NCBI GenBank assembly: GCA_045863335.1 | Contig: BTVY01000009.1 | Span: 80,723-144,722, forward strand | DNA length: 64,000 nt | From: Candidatus Hydrogenedentota bacterium | GTDB taxonomy: Bacteria > Hydrogenedentota > Hydrogenedentia > Hydrogenedentales > SLHB01 | Direction of reading: 5' to 3' | Part shown: piece by piece, positions 1 through 9,207 of the stretch | Position numbering within the stretch: the first letter of the stretch is position 1 | How the letters are laid out: each line of letters opens with the position of its first letter | Made by a program: the position numbers and the translations under genes | Notes under the pieces: generated by a model | Told to the model about the DNA's origin: nothing | Seen by the model: the letters and a program-made list of their open reading frames with translations, nothing else | Database searches by the model: none

Positions 1-96
1 CTCGGAATTGCCGAAGGCTCGGATATGGCAAAGGCTGGGACATCACGAACGGACTTGGGGAGGGCTCTGACTTGGCGAAGGGTCGGATTTGCCGAA
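1..96. repeat. Degenerate ~17-bp tandem repeat, 6 units, truncated by the window edge
   Basis: Units ctcggaattgccgaa / ggctcggatatggcaaa / ggctgggacatcacgaa / cggacttggggag / ggctctgacttggcgaa / gggtcggatttgccgaa. Confidence 0.7.
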
Positions 97-227
97 GAAT
101 GAGGCTACCGGAGTGCAGACCTGTCGGATGCGCGGATTCATTGATTGTCTGATCGATGACGATCAGGCGCGAGTGAAGGTCGTCCCGCCGCAGAAATAGA
201 TCTATTAGGTCGCGACCAAAGTCTTCA

Positions 228-307
228 GCGCCAACGGCGCGCTCTATACCAGCCTGGGGCAACGCCCCAGGAAAGTGAAACACCCGAAACACAAGGGCTG
301 AAGGCCC
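228..307. repeat. REP-like cluster of three short GC-rich hairpins
   Basis: gcgcc-aac-ggcgc (228-240), cctggggc-aac-gccccagg (253-271), gggct-gaa-ggccc (295-307), all with 3-nt loops, downstream of the ABC operon. Confidence 0.55.
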
Positions 308-419
308 GCTCCATCTCTTGACTCCGAATGCGGACCCGCTTAGTTAGGCGACGTGTGGAAATGTGCACGTCGGCATAGGCTCCGAGACTTGCCAGGCTAA
401 TGCTTGGCGGTCCCTGCGC

Positions 420-1346
420 CTACCCCTTTAATGCGCCCACGGTGATGCCGCGTGTCAATTGCCGTTGGAGGACGATGTACACGAGCAAGGTCGGCAACAG
501 CACGATGACCAATCCCGCGAACATGAGGCCGAAGTCGGTCTTGTATTGGGCCTGCATGCTGACGGCGGCGAGGCCGAGGGGGAGGGTCTTGTGGGCGTCG
601 GAACTGACGAAGACGAGGGCGAAGAGGTACTCGTTCCAGATGCCGAGGAAGTTGAAGATGGCGGCGGTGACGAGCCCCGGCTTCGCAAGGGGGAGCATGA
701 CGTGACGGAACACGCCGTATTCGGTGCAACCGTCGATGATGCCGGCTTCGCGGAGTGTCCCCGGCAGGGATTTGAAGAACCCAGTCAACACGAGGATCGT
801 GAATGGCAGGCTCAGGGCGATGTAGATCGTGATGAGTCCGGTGAACGTATCGTGGAGGTGTACCTCGTAGCCGATGGGGGAGAGGAGGGCGGTGCCCCAG
901 TGCGACAAGGTCGTGAACTGGAAGAAGAGCGGTATTAACACAAGTTGCGCGGGGATCATCAAGCCGCTTACAAAGTAGAGGAAAAGCAACCGGCTCCCGG
1001 GGAACACGAACTTCGCGAGCACGTAGGCCGCCATCGACGAAAAAGTGAGAATGCCCAACAGCGAAAGCGTAGTGACCAGGACGCTGTTGAAGAAGTAGCG
1101 GCTGAACTTCGATTTTACCCAGGCTTTCTGAAAGTTGGACGCCACCGCCTCGACCGGCGTTTCCACTTCCGGATTATCGGCGTAGGGCGAACCGGTGATA
1201 AGCCAGGGCAGGCCGAAGGGGTCTTCCACGAATTCCCGCGAACTGCGGAATGAACTGGCCACGACCCAAAGCAGCGGCGCCACGACGGCCGCCAGCCAAA
1301 TCAGGAGCACCGTGTACAGCAGCACATTCTTGATAAGCGCGACCAT
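420..1346 (-). CDS. Carbohydrate ABC transporter permease (MalG-like)
   Basis: Multiple TM helices, EAA loop (LREAGIIDGC), WNEYLFALV, C-terminal GITVGALKG. Confidence 0.93.
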   Translation of the reverse strand: MVALIKNVLLYTVLLIWLAAVVAPLLWVVASSFRSSREFVEDPFGLPWLITGSPYADNPEVETPVEAVASNFQKAWVKSKFSRYFFNSVLVTTLSLLGILTFSSMAAYVLAKFVFPGSRLLFLYFVSGLMIPAQLVLIPLFFQFTTLSHWGTALLSPIGYEVHLHDTFTGLITIYIALSLPFTILVLTGFFKSLPGTLREAGIIDGCTEYGVFRHVMLPLAKPGLVTAAIFNFLGIWNEYLFALVFVSSDAHKTLPLGLAAVSMQAQYKTDFGLMFAGLVIVLLPTLLVYIVLQRQLTRGITVGALKG

Positions 1347-2248
1347 CAGTATTCCAGCGCCTCCCGGCGGGAGAGCCGCAATGTGACGAGCGTGGCGAAA
1401 AACACGAGGACGAAAAGCAGCACCGCGACCGCAGAACCGTAGCCCACGTTATACTCGCTGAAAACCTTCTGGTACAGGAGCGTCGCCATGACGTGCGTCT
1501 CCCGCGACGGCCATTCGTTGTCCATGATCCAGACCGGCTCGAAGAGTTTCAGGCTGGTGATGGCGAGGAACACGATGCCGACCACGAGCACTTCGCGGAT
1601 GAGCGGCAGCGTCACGTGCCAGAACTGGCTCAGCGGCGACGCGCCTTCCAATTCCGCGACTTCATAGAAGGTCTCCGGGATGCCCTCCATGGCGGCCAGA
1701 AAGAGGACCATGTAGAAGCCGGTCATCGTCCAGACCAGCATGGGTACGATGGAGTAGATGAGGTACTGCTTACCGGTGAAGGGAAAGGGGAGATCAAGGT
1801 TCGGCCAACCGAGCGTGGTCTCCATCCATCGAAGGGCCCCATTTACCACGCCAAAATCGGTCGTGCTGTAAAGCAGCACCCACAGCAGCGCGATGGCCAC
1901 CGACGCGATGACGTTAGGAAAGAAGAACGCCACCCGGAAGACCGTCGCGCCGCGCACGCGCCGGTGAAGCACCGCGGCGAAGAACAGTGACAGTGACAAG
2001 ACCATCGATCCCGCGACGAGCGTGAGAAACGCGTTGTGCTTGAGCGCCAACAGAAACACGCCGTCGTCCGTGAAAAGTTCGCGAAAGTTCGCGAGCCCAA
2101 CCCATTCGGGCGTGGAAAGGCCGTCCCATTTTTGGAGACTGTAGAGAAGCGCGCGGACGCCGGGAATCGCGACGAAACCTGTGAACAATAGAAATGCAGG
2201 CGCGAGAAATACGACGATGAAAATGGTCTGCTCGCGGGTACGTTTCAT
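1346..2248 (-). CDS. Carbohydrate ABC transporter permease (MalF-like)
   Basis: WVGLANFRELF, EAA loop (FYEVAELEGAS), GYGSAVAVLLF; overlaps both neighbours. Confidence 0.93.
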   Translation of the reverse strand: MKRTREQTIFIVVFLAPAFLLFTGFVAIPGVRALLYSLQKWDGLSTPEWVGLANFRELFTDDGVFLLALKHNAFLTLVAGSMVLSLSLFFAAVLHRRVRGATVFRVAFFFPNVIASVAIALLWVLLYSTTDFGVVNGALRWMETTLGWPNLDLPFPFTGKQYLIYSIVPMLVWTMTGFYMVLFLAAMEGIPETFYEVAELEGASPLSQFWHVTLPLIREVLVVGIVFLAITSLKLFEPVWIMDNEWPSRETHVMATLLYQKVFSEYNVGYGSAVAVLLFVLVFFATLVTLRLSRREALEY

Positions 2249-3642
2249 GTAGCTTCCCCGAAGGCGGCGGGGTCATACTGGGTGAAGCTAGGAATGATAA
2301 TATCGGGGTTTGCGTGGACCCGCGTGATGCCGTCATCCATGCGCTTCCCGAACTCCTCGGGCGTGATGGACCCCTCCAGCAATGCGCCCAAGGCCGGCAC
2401 CATGACCTGCTGATGCCATTCGAGCAGGAGCGTGTCCAGCCGGCAACTGAAGATCCCCGGCGCGCCGTTGATACTGGCCTCGTCCATCATATCCAGCACG
2501 GATTGCAGTGCCGGACTCACGGCCGACCGCGGGGTGCCACCGCGAATGGGTGAGATCACGCCAATACTCTCACCCATATCCGGCGCGTTCAGAGGCGACA
2601 CCAGGTAGCGCGTGAAGTCCGCGGCGATATCCGAATGCTGCCCCTCGGCGGGCATGAATATGAACTCCATGCCCAGGCCATTAAACATCTGCGGGTTGCC
2701 TTTGCCGCCTTCCACGGCGGGGACGTTGAAGCAGCGCATTTCGAACCCGGGCGGAATCGTGTCCTTCTGCTCGTTCTCCAGCCAGACACCGCAGAAGATC
2801 ATGGCGGCCTTATTGTTCACGAACTGGAGCTGGCTCTCTGTATGGGTCATGGCCATGGCGCCTTTCTGAAAATACTTGGCCGCCATTTCCTGAAGGAGCC
2901 GAGCAGCCCGGAGCGCGTCCGGTTCGCTGAACACGCCCGGTTCGAGGCCGTTGACGCGGTTGATGAGGGCGAGGCCGCCGCACCGCTGCAACAACGACAC
3001 GTAGGTGAACCAGGAGTAGTATGGGTACTTCCCCTGGAACGCCAGCGGGGCAATGCCTTCGGACTGGATTTGTTCGCAGAGGGCCTCGAACTCCGGCCAC
3101 GTCTTCGGGACGCTCCAGCCGTGTTCACGAAACTGGCGCGCGTCGTACCAGCATCCCCACGCGCCAAAACTCGAGGGAATCGCATAGACGCTTCCGTCGC
3201 TGGTGTACGCGTCCAAGGTCCCCGGGATGAACAGGTCCCGCCAGGGCCGGTCGCTGCCGTACGCCGGCTTGGCCAATTCGTCATCGAAGGGCAAGAGTTT
3301 CCCCGTGCTGATCATGAGCCAGAACGGCAACCGGCTCTCCAGTACGATCCCTGGCGGGTCACCCCGCAAGATGCGCGGCTTTACCTTTTCCGCCAACCGC
3401 GGTTCTCCCCATAGGTCAACGACGATCCCTTCGTCCTCGTGGGCCCGGGTATATTGCGCGGCGATCTTCTGGTGCCAATTGATGCCATACCCGCCTTCGA
3501 ATATAGCGACCTCCAGCCGGCGCGTTGTACCACTGTCCGGGCGCGCAGCGCGTAGCGCGCCGTCCCATGTCGTGAACGCGGCGGCGCAAGCGAGGGCGAA
3601 CGCGGCTGCCGCGGGCCATCCCAATTTACTGAGTTTTGACAC
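2245..3642 (-). CDS. Sugar ABC transporter substrate-binding protein (resembles NgcE amino-sugar-binding family)
   Basis: Start reassigned to GTG at 3642 (signal-like MSKLSKLGWPAAAAFALA); AIFEGGYG, PKTWPEF; upstream of two permeases. Confidence 0.85.
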   Translation of the reverse strand: MSKLSKLGWPAAAAFALACAAAFTTWDGALRAARPDSGTTRRLEVAIFEGGYGINWHQKIAAQYTRAHEDEGIVVDLWGEPRLAEKVKPRILRGDPPGIVLESRLPFWLMISTGKLLPFDDELAKPAYGSDRPWRDLFIPGTLDAYTSDGSVYAIPSSFGAWGCWYDARQFREHGWSVPKTWPEFEALCEQIQSEGIAPLAFQGKYPYYSWFTYVSLLQRCGGLALINRVNGLEPGVFSEPDALRAARLLQEMAAKYFQKGAMAMTHTESQLQFVNNKAAMIFCGVWLENEQKDTIPPGFEMRCFNVPAVEGGKGNPQMFNGLGMEFIFMPAEGQHSDIAADFTRYLVSPLNAPDMGESIGVISPIRGGTPRSAVSPALQSVLDMMDEASINGAPGIFSCRLDTLLLEWHQQVMVPALGALLEGSITPEEFGKRMDDGITRVHANPDIIIPSFTQYDPAAFGEAT

Positions 3643-3768
3643 GCGAGGATTGTAGAGGCTTCGTGACGGCCAGGCAAGCCTTCCTGGACGGCTGTAAAAG
3701 TAAAACTCACTAGAAATGAGGACTCTGCTATAATCTCGACGCGCGAACGTTCGCGACAGGGGACAGTC

Positions 3769-4830
3769 ATGGCGGAGCATGAGGTAGAAAGTTTCTTCCA
3801 CGTAGGGCGCGCGGTCGTCCTGCACTCGCTGCGAGTTCAAGGAGAGGAGGGCCGGGTTCGAACCTTCATGCGTGGCTGGCAGCGGGGCGCATATCTCCTG
3901 CTGGATATACCGCGGCACGGCTCGAATACCGCGAATCTCCGTGTTGGCGATCCATGCGTGCTGCGATTCCTTGCCGATGGAGATGCGTGCGGCTGTAATT
4001 CGATCGTGGAGGACTTGGGCACGGGTTCCCATTTCTCGTTTGTCCGAGTCCGTTGGCCGGAGTCCGTCTCATGTGTCCGCGTACGCAAGCACGAACGCGT
4101 TCACCTGCACGCGCCCTGTACCGTCATACTGGACAATGGCAGGGCGATGGACGGCGAACTCGTGGATATGAGTGCGGGCGGTTGTCGAGTTGCGGTATCG
4201 CATATCCTGCCGAAAGACGATCGGGTCTCACTGTCCTTTGCGCTGCCCGATGGTTCCGATATCTCGGATTTGCAGGCAATCGTCTGTGCGTCCGCGGAAG
4301 GGTCTGACGGCGCATGGATCGGATGCGAGTACTACGATCCTGATGAAGCGACGTTGTATGACATCGAATTTTTCGTAGCGACGACACTTGCCCGGTTGCG
4401 CGCCGAGCGGCCGGGTCCAAATCACGTGCTGATCATGGAACCGGACGCGAGCAAGGTGAACGATCTACGCATGGGGCTCAAATCGGCGGGTTATGAAGTA
4501 ATCCTTGCGCCGGGGCCCGTGGACGGCTTCTTCTGGCTCCGTCTCGCGACGCCCTCGATCGTGATTGCCTCTGCCGATCAGCACGTTATCAGTGGCGCCG
4601 ATGTGGTTCGCATCATAAAATCGACTCGTCAGTTCCGGGAACTGCCGGTGGTCGTGTACGGTGGAACCGGCGACATCGGCAAACGCGCGATGGAAGCAGG
4701 CGCGAGCAGTCATATCGGCTCGGCATCCGACGTTCAGAAGATCACCGGCACGGTTCGCGAACTTACGCAGCAACGAATTGCGGCGATTGCCGAACATCAA
4801 CATGCCGCGGGACAGCCCGCCTATAAATAA
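3769..4830 (+). CDS. YcgR-like PilZ (c-di-GMP-binding) protein fused to a C-terminal atypical receiver domain
   Basis: RxxxR (RKHER) and DxSxxG (DMSAGG) PilZ motifs; C-terminal REC-like fold (HVLIMEPD...GYEV...LPVVV...AMEAGA). Confidence 0.8.
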   Translation: MAEHEVESFFHVGRAVVLHSLRVQGEEGRVRTFMRGWQRGAYLLLDIPRHGSNTANLRVGDPCVLRFLADGDACGCNSIVEDLGTGSHFSFVRVRWPESVSCVRVRKHERVHLHAPCTVILDNGRAMDGELVDMSAGGCRVAVSHILPKDDRVSLSFALPDGSDISDLQAIVCASAEGSDGAWIGCEYYDPDEATLYDIEFFVATTLARLRAERPGPNHVLIMEPDASKVNDLRMGLKSAGYEVILAPGPVDGFFWLRLATPSIVIASADQHVISGADVVRIIKSTRQFRELPVVVYGGTGDIGKRAMEAGASSHIGSASDVQKITGTVRELTQQRIAAIAEHQHAAGQPAYK

Positions 4831-4844
4831 AGACGGTGTGCGGC

Positions 4845-5972
4845 TCAGAAGACTCGCAGGACCATGCAATTGAGGTATGCGGTTTCCGGCATGGCCATGA
4901 GGATTGGATGATCGCGCGCGGCGCCCCGTTCCTCCACCAGCCACGCGTCGCGTTGCGCCGCGCGGGCTGCGCGCTTGAGGATCTCCAGAAACGCGGGCCC
5001 GTCCACGAAATGGGAGCACGAACTGGTGATCAGATAGCCGCCGGGTTCCACGGCCAGCATCGCGTCCCGATTCAGCGCCTGATACAGCCCCGACGCCTTT
5101 TTCATCTGGCCGCGCGACTTGGCCAGCGCGGGGGGATCTAACAAGACCACATCATACCGGTCGCCTCGTTGCAGCACGGTCTGCACGTCCCCGCATTCAA
5201 ATCCACAACGATCGGAAAGGCCGTTCCGTTCTGCGTTCGCGCGAGCCTGGCCAATGGCGAACTCCGACGAATCCACCCCCAGCACCGAAACCGCACCCGC
5301 CGCGGCGACGTGGCAGGACCATTGTCCCGCATAACAATGACCGTCGAATACCCGTGCGCCAATAACGAGCGGTCGAACCGCTTGCGCGTTTTCCCGCTGG
5401 TCCAGGAACAAGCCGGTCTTCTGACTGTGCGACAAGTCGACGTTGAATCGAAGGCCGCTCAATTCAACTTCCACCGACGCAGGGACCTCACCAACATTGC
5501 GCTGTCCCCCCGGAAGAATCAGTTGCACACCCTCGAGTGCCTCGTGAGTCAGGAGTGCCGATGCCACCGCATCGCCATGCGCGGCATAGAACGCGCAGGA
5601 CGATTGGACCACGGCAACCGGGCCATACCGGTCGACGACCAAACCCGGCAGCCGATCGCTCTCGCCATGAATCCATCGATAGACCGATTCCCCGGGGTAC
5701 AACCGTTCCCGATAATCCTTTGCCTTCGAGAGCCGACGCCCGACCAGGTCGCCGTCGATGGGTTCACCTTCCCGGCGGGTAAGTATTCGGACGGCAATCC
5801 CGCCCGCGGCCTGATAAAACCCCCGGCCGACAAAGCGCCCGCGATCGGACACGACATCGACGACGGAACCGTCTTCGACGCGCGGCAGTTTCGCGAACTC
5901 GTTCCGGTACGCCCACAGATGCCCCCGCAAGAGGCGGCGGTCTTCTTTTTCCTTCAGAATTGCTGTATTCAT
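4845..5972 (-). CDS. rlmI: Class I SAM-dependent rRNA methyltransferase (RlmI / 23S m5C1962 family)
   Basis: PUA-like N-terminus (RGHLWAY), HGESDRLPGLVVDRY, QKTGLFLDQREN, LDPP, SSCS; start reassigned to ATG at 5972. Confidence 0.85.
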   Translation of the reverse strand: MNTAILKEKEDRRLLRGHLWAYRNEFAKLPRVEDGSVVDVVSDRGRFVGRGFYQAAGGIAVRILTRREGEPIDGDLVGRRLSKAKDYRERLYPGESVYRWIHGESDRLPGLVVDRYGPVAVVQSSCAFYAAHGDAVASALLTHEALEGVQLILPGGQRNVGEVPASVEVELSGLRFNVDLSHSQKTGLFLDQRENAQAVRPLVIGARVFDGHCYAGQWSCHVAAAGAVSVLGVDSSEFAIGQARANAERNGLSDRCGFECGDVQTVLQRGDRYDVVLLDPPALAKSRGQMKKASGLYQALNRDAMLAVEPGGYLITSSCSHFVDGPAFLEILKRAARAAQRDAWLVEERGAARDHPILMAMPETAYLNCMVLRVF

Positions 5973-6125
5973 AAGAGGAAGAGTGTACCCGATCGCCACA
6001 GCCTGATAGAAGCGCCATTTTGAACCCGATCCGAGCTCATCTTTGGGCGCTCGATCAACCTCGCCGATCAAAAGTTGCAACGCATCCCCGTCATTCGCTA
6101 TAGTCTCGTCTCTCTTGGAACCCAC

Positions 6126-6201
6126 GGGGATGTAGCTCAGTTGGGAGAGCGCTTGTCTGGCAGACAAGAGGTCAGGGGTTCGATTCCCCTCATCTCCACC
6201 A
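6126..6201 (+). tRNA. tRNA-Ala (anticodon GGC)
   Basis: Full cloverleaf GGGGATG...CATCTCC-ACCA, G3:U70 alanine identity pair, anticodon arm CTTGT-CT-GGC-AG-ACAAG, TTCGATT T-loop. Confidence 0.98.
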
Positions 6202-6785
6202 TTTTTAACCTTCGCCGGTTCCCGGACTTAGAACCTCCACCCGTGATGGCGGCGCGGCCGTAACCTTGGCTGAAACGCGTGTCGTTTACACGCGCATCGA
6301 AAAGCCGACGGACGATGTCTGCGAATCGCCGGCCCGAGATTTCGACCTTGAGACTTCCCAAGGTCCACGCAGGGCGCTGTGATCCTCAAACTGCCACCAC
6401 ATCCGCCTCGGCATACACACCGACCTGAAAACAAAACAGAAGTGATTTCAGACCATCGCCGCGTGGTGAGTCAAAAACTGTGTGTTTTCCGATCATGCCT
6501 TCGCGATTGGTGTTGCCGAGTAATGCGCCGTTATCTGGCGAAAAGCCCGATGTGATTGCGCGATTACAGGCGACGACGTCCGCGTTAGCCCGGATCTTTT
6601 ATGCGCACAAGCAAGCGATCCGGAAAGTCCAAAGCGCACACATTTATGAAAGCAATTGGATTGATGGGATAGAGCAAGTCGGTTGTGTGGAATCCTCGCC
6701 AGCAAGCCTTGCAAGCTATCGCGGGGGCGTTTCCCGCCGAAGGATCGCTGGCGGGGCGCTGCCGAAAGGAAGTCGCAAAGCGGGG

Positions 6786-6850
6786 TTGACAATCGCGCCC
6801 AAATAGTGGATACTGCGGTCCAGAATAAACTGGATATACGGGTCCACAAT
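6786..6850 (+). promoter_or_regulatory. Sigma70-type promoter overlapped by two palindromic operator boxes (putative Rrf2 autoregulatory site)
   Basis: TTGACA (6786-6791), 17 bp, GATACT (6809-6814); TGGA-N8-TCCA at 6807-6822 and 6831-6846. Confidence 0.65.
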
Positions 6851-6864
6851 AGGGGGCGGCCGCC

Positions 6865-7314
6865 GTGTTCACCTTGTACTCCAAAGGCTGCGAATACACT
6901 TTTCGGGCACTGGTGCATGCCGCTACCGGAGACGGCAATGGGCGGTTCCAGGCCAAAGACGTCTGCCAAAAAGCCGGGATTCCGGAACCCTACACGCGAA
7001 AAGTCTTCCAGGCGCTGGTTCAAGGGGGACTCCTGAAAGCCGTTCGGGGACCGGGCGGCGGCTACGTCTTGGCGGAAGATCCATCGGAAATCTCCCTGCT
7101 TCGCGTAATCCGCGCCGTCGACGGCGAAGACACATTCGATGCTTGCGTGATGGGATTGCCGCAGTGTGACGGAAAGCATCCCTGCCCCCTTCATGAAGTC
7201 TGGTCCGGGGCTAAAGAACGCCTGCTGGAGCGATTGGAGAAGAACACACTGCAGGACCTGCTCGACGCCGCGACGGCTAAACCGGACCGAAAACAGAAAA
7301 GCAAGGGGAAGTAG
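6865..7314 (+). CDS. Rrf2-family Fe-S transcriptional regulator
   Basis: wHTH with RGPGGGY motif; C-x6-C-x5-C-x2-H cluster ligands (CVMGLPQCDGKHPCPLH). Confidence 0.92.
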   Translation: MFTLYSKGCEYTFRALVHAATGDGNGRFQAKDVCQKAGIPEPYTRKVFQALVQGGLLKAVRGPGGGYVLAEDPSEISLLRVIRAVDGEDTFDACVMGLPQCDGKHPCPLHEVWSGAKERLLERLEKNTLQDLLDAATAKPDRKQKSKGK

Positions 7315-7320
7315 ATCGGC

Positions 7321-9207
7321 ATGTCCGTGCAGGCAACCATACCCAACACGCAATACTGGAAGGATCAGATTAAGTGCCAGGCCGCGTGTCCTGTGCACAC
7401 GGACGCACGGGGGTATATCCGGGCGATTGCAGAGGGAAAGGAAGAATACGCGTATTTGATCGCGCGCGGTCCAAACCCGCTGGCCTCGATTTGCGGCAGA
7501 GTGTGCGGAGCGCCCTGCGAAACCGCATGCCGTCGCGGCGATTACGACGAACCCGTCGCGATCCGCGCCCTGAAACGGTATGTGTGCGACCAGTTCGGGC
7601 CGGAATCGCGTAATGACAATAAGAGTGGACTCTTGGATTTCCTCAAGAGTGCGGCGGAACAGTATCCAGCACGACAATGCCAGGGCAAAGAGGAGTTGCT
7701 CCCGCTTCTGCAATCGCTTCTCCGGCGGGACATTCCCAAAGCCAATGACTTGAGTGTGGGAATTATCGGCAGCGGTCCCGCGGGATTGGCGGCGGCGCAC
7801 GACCTTGCACTGCTGGGTTTCTCCGTAACGATCTACGAAATGGAACCAGTCCTCGCGGGCATGTTGGCCGTGGGCGTTCCGGAGTACCGGTTGCCGCGCG
7901 ACCTGATTCGAGCCGAAGTCGAAGTGATTACGACCATGGGCGTGCGTGCAGTCACGAATTGTTGCGTAGGGAGTGACATCAGCCTGCCCGAACTTCGAAC
8001 GCGGCACGACGCGGTCATCGTAGCTGCCGGCGCCAAACGTTCGCGCAGGCTGTCGATCCCCGGCGCCGATGGCGAAGGCGTTTTGGGCGGGGTTGAATAT
8101 TTACGCGACATCGCCCTCGGCCATCGCCCTTCACTTGGTCCCCGCGTCGTGGTCATTGGTGGCGGGAACGTCGCGTACGACGTCGGTCGAACCGTCTTGC
8201 GCCAAATCTCCCTGGACGCCGCGCGAACCGCGTTGCGCGCGGCCGGGGTCCGCGAGGTCTACTTGTGCTCGCTAGAGTCGCTGGAAGAGTTGCCCGCCGA
8301 CGACATCGAGATTATTGAAGGCGACGAGGAAGGCATCCAACGCCGGCACAGCCTGGGTCCCAAGGAGATTCTTCTGGACGAATCCGGCCTCGTCACCGGT
8401 GTCCGGTTCCAGCGCTGCGTACGCGTATTCGACGAGCAGCGGCGTTTCAGCCCAATCTTCGATGAAAGCGACTTGCTCGATGTTCCATGCGACAACGTAC
8501 TGATCGCCATCGGTCAATCGTTCGATCTTTCGTTTGTGGATGCCGAACGGGACGGACTTGCGCTGCGTTCCAACGGCGCGATTGACTGCGATCCCGAAAC
8601 CGGGTCGACCAGCGCTTCCGATGTCTTCGTCGCGGGCGACTTGGCGTACGGTCCCAAATTGCTCATTCACGCGGTCGCCTCGGGCAAGGCTGTCGCGCGA
8701 ACCATATACCGTCAATTGACGGGGCATGAAATTGTAGCGGACGACGTCGAACTGCACTTCCCGATCGCGCAATACACGCGTGAAGCGGATTATGAGAAAC
8801 GGTGCAGGATTACTCCGCCTACCGCATCGCCCGAGAAGCGGCTGGAGTCGATCGAGTGCATTGTCGAGCACGGGTACACGCGCGAACAGGCGCGAGCGGA
8901 AGCTTCCCGCTGCCTCAATTGTGGCGTCAACACAATCTTTGATGGCACGCAATGTGTTCTGTGCGGGGGCTGCGTCGAAGTCTGCCCGGAATTGTGCTTG
9001 CGTATCGTGGCTGCAGACCAATTGGAGGGGGCAGGAATCCAGGATCTGCTCCATTCCACCGGCGGTTCTCCCGAGAACGCATCCGCCATTATCAAAGACG
9101 AGTTGACCTGCATTCGCTGTGGCTTATGCGCCGAGCGCTGCCCGGTCGGCGCGATAACCATGGAAGAGTTTCATTTCAGGGAGACATTGTCATGCCAGGC
9201 CGTTTAG
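7321..9207 (+). CDS. FAD/NAD(P)-dependent iron-sulfur oxidoreductase (GltD/NfnB/DsrL-like) with C-terminal 2x[4Fe-4S] domain
   Basis: CQAACP...CGRVCGAPCETACRR, GSGPAG (FAD), GGGNVAYD (NAD(P)), CVLCGGCVEVCP and CIRCGLCAERCP; no signal peptide. Confidence 0.9.
   Translation: MSVQATIPNTQYWKDQIKCQAACPVHTDARGYIRAIAEGKEEYAYLIARGPNPLASICGRVCGAPCETACRRGDYDEPVAIRALKRYVCDQFGPESRNDNKSGLLDFLKSAAEQYPARQCQGKEELLPLLQSLLRRDIPKANDLSVGIIGSGPAGLAAAHDLALLGFSVTIYEMEPVLAGMLAVGVPEYRLPRDLIRAEVEVITTMGVRAVTNCCVGSDISLPELRTRHDAVIVAAGAKRSRRLSIPGADGEGVLGGVEYLRDIALGHRPSLGPRVVVIGGGNVAYDVGRTVLRQISLDAARTALRAAGVREVYLCSLESLEELPADDIEIIEGDEEGIQRRHSLGPKEILLDESGLVTGVRFQRCVRVFDEQRRFSPIFDESDLLDVPCDNVLIAIGQSFDLSFVDAERDGLALRSNGAIDCDPETGSTSASDVFVAGDLAYGPKLLIHAVASGKAVARTIYRQLTGHEIVADDVELHFPIAQYTREADYEKRCRITPPTASPEKRLESIECIVEHGYTREQARAEASRCLNCGVNTIFDGTQCVLCGGCVEVCPELCLRIVAADQLEGAGIQDLLHSTGGSPENASAIIKDELTCIRCGLCAERCPVGAITMEEFHFRETLSCQAV

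Noticed and set aside
1-96. CRISPR array or pentapeptide-repeat gene
   Set aside because: No spacers, repeats are degenerate, and the 17-bp period breaks the reading frame
3643-4032. N-terminal extension of the 595-aa ORF call for the solute-binding protein
   Set aside because: Overlaps the divergent PilZ gene; the signal peptide begins at GTG 3642
6202-6785. Possible ncRNA/riboswitch or 108-aa ORF between the tRNA and rrf2
   Set aside because: Only a small hairpin near 6275-6293; no recognisable family signature or coding signal
6493-8007. 504-aa minus-strand ORF
   Set aside because: Antisense shadow of the rrf2 and flavoprotein genes; no motifs
7321-9207. Assignment as glutamate synthase small subunit gltD or as dsrL
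   Set aside because: No gltB or dsr genes in the window; context points to the Rieske/cytb module
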